From Candidatus Thorarchaeota archaeon (lineage in GTDB: Archaea; Asgardarchaeota; Thorarchaeia; Thorarchaeales; Thorarchaeaceae): DNA of 64,000 nt. The stretch spans positions 96,001-160,000 of the forward strand of contig CAVSBO010000004.1 in assembly GCA_963726195.1 (NCBI GenBank), in the 5' to 3' direction. The notes beneath the pieces are model-generated. The model was not told where the DNA came from. It saw only the letters and a list, made by a program, of their open reading frames with translations, and searched no databases. The translations under genes and the position numbers were made by a program. This document shows positions 63,582 to 64,000 of the stretch, piece by piece. Position 1 is the first letter of the stretch. Each line of letters begins with the position of its first letter.

Positions 63582-64000
63582 ATGTCATCAAAACTAAACC
63601 CGCATTTCTTGCAGATCGCAAATGCGGTATCGATACTGGCGGCACTTGCAGTCAATCTGCTGGCAAACATTATTCCTCTGAATAATGTCTACACTGGTGC
63701 AGTTTCGGACCACTATCCGAACTTGTTCACACCGCCAGGCTACGTGTTCGCTATCTGGGGGGCAATATACATCCTTCTGGGCGTATTTCTGGTCTACCAA
63801 GTCAGAGGCAATCAGCGTGACGCTCCTTACTTGAAGGAGATAGGACTTTGGTACGTCTTGGGCTCACTTGCCAACATAACTTGGCTGTTCCTGTTCCATT
63901 ACTCCTACACTAATCCAGCCCTTCTTGTGGTATCCATGGTCCCAATAGTCGTTCTGCTGTTTTCACTCCTCATGGTCCACGTGCGCTTGGGAATCGGAAA
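63582..64000 (+). CDS. TspO/tryptophan-rich sensory membrane protein (runs off the window; not in ORF track)
   Basis: MSSKLNPHFLQIANA...LANIIPLN..TGAVSDHYPNLFTPPGYVFAIWGAIY. Confidence 0.85.
   Translation, partial: MSSKLNPHFLQIANAVSILAALAVNLLANIIPLNNVYTGAVSDHYPNLFTPPGYVFAIWGAIYILLGVFLVYQVRGNQRDAPYLKEIGLWYVLGSLANITWLFLFHYSYTNPALLVVSMVPIVVLLFSLLMVHVRLGIG

Overview
Archaeal chromosomal window, most likely Asgard (Thorarchaeia-like). This is inferred from two longin-fold proteins, NosD/Ig-like surface proteins, archaeal thiolase-DUF35 pairs and archaeal-type histidine kinases. The backbone is metabolic (panB, glnA+Lrp, nadE, acyl-CoA dehydrogenase, two thiolase/DUF35 pairs, homocitrate/isopropylmalate synthase-like enzyme, wrbA, nitroreductases, lpd-like, porD/porA/porB). 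No rRNA, tRNA, CRISPR array, integrase or transposase was recognised. About 25 small indels break genes, including nadE and porB, which points to long-read assembly error. The most striking structure is two accessory islands bracketed by diverged direct repeats of housekeeping gene ends. (1) The 3' end of a DUF35 gene occurs three times (6.46-6.71, 11.05-11.26, 12.11-12.36 kb) with mostly synonymous divergence, separated by an XRE-ABC operon and a Doc toxin-antitoxin pair. (2) A 93-bp porD/porA junction is duplicated around an 11.1-kb signalling island of histidine kinases and receiver proteins, whose only large non-two-component gene is a longin/winged-helix protein. Other highlights: a ~1550-aa single-pass Ig-like protein with a cytoplasmic longin domain, a LarA homologue lacking its catalytic residues, and a thiolase lacking its nucleophilic Cys.
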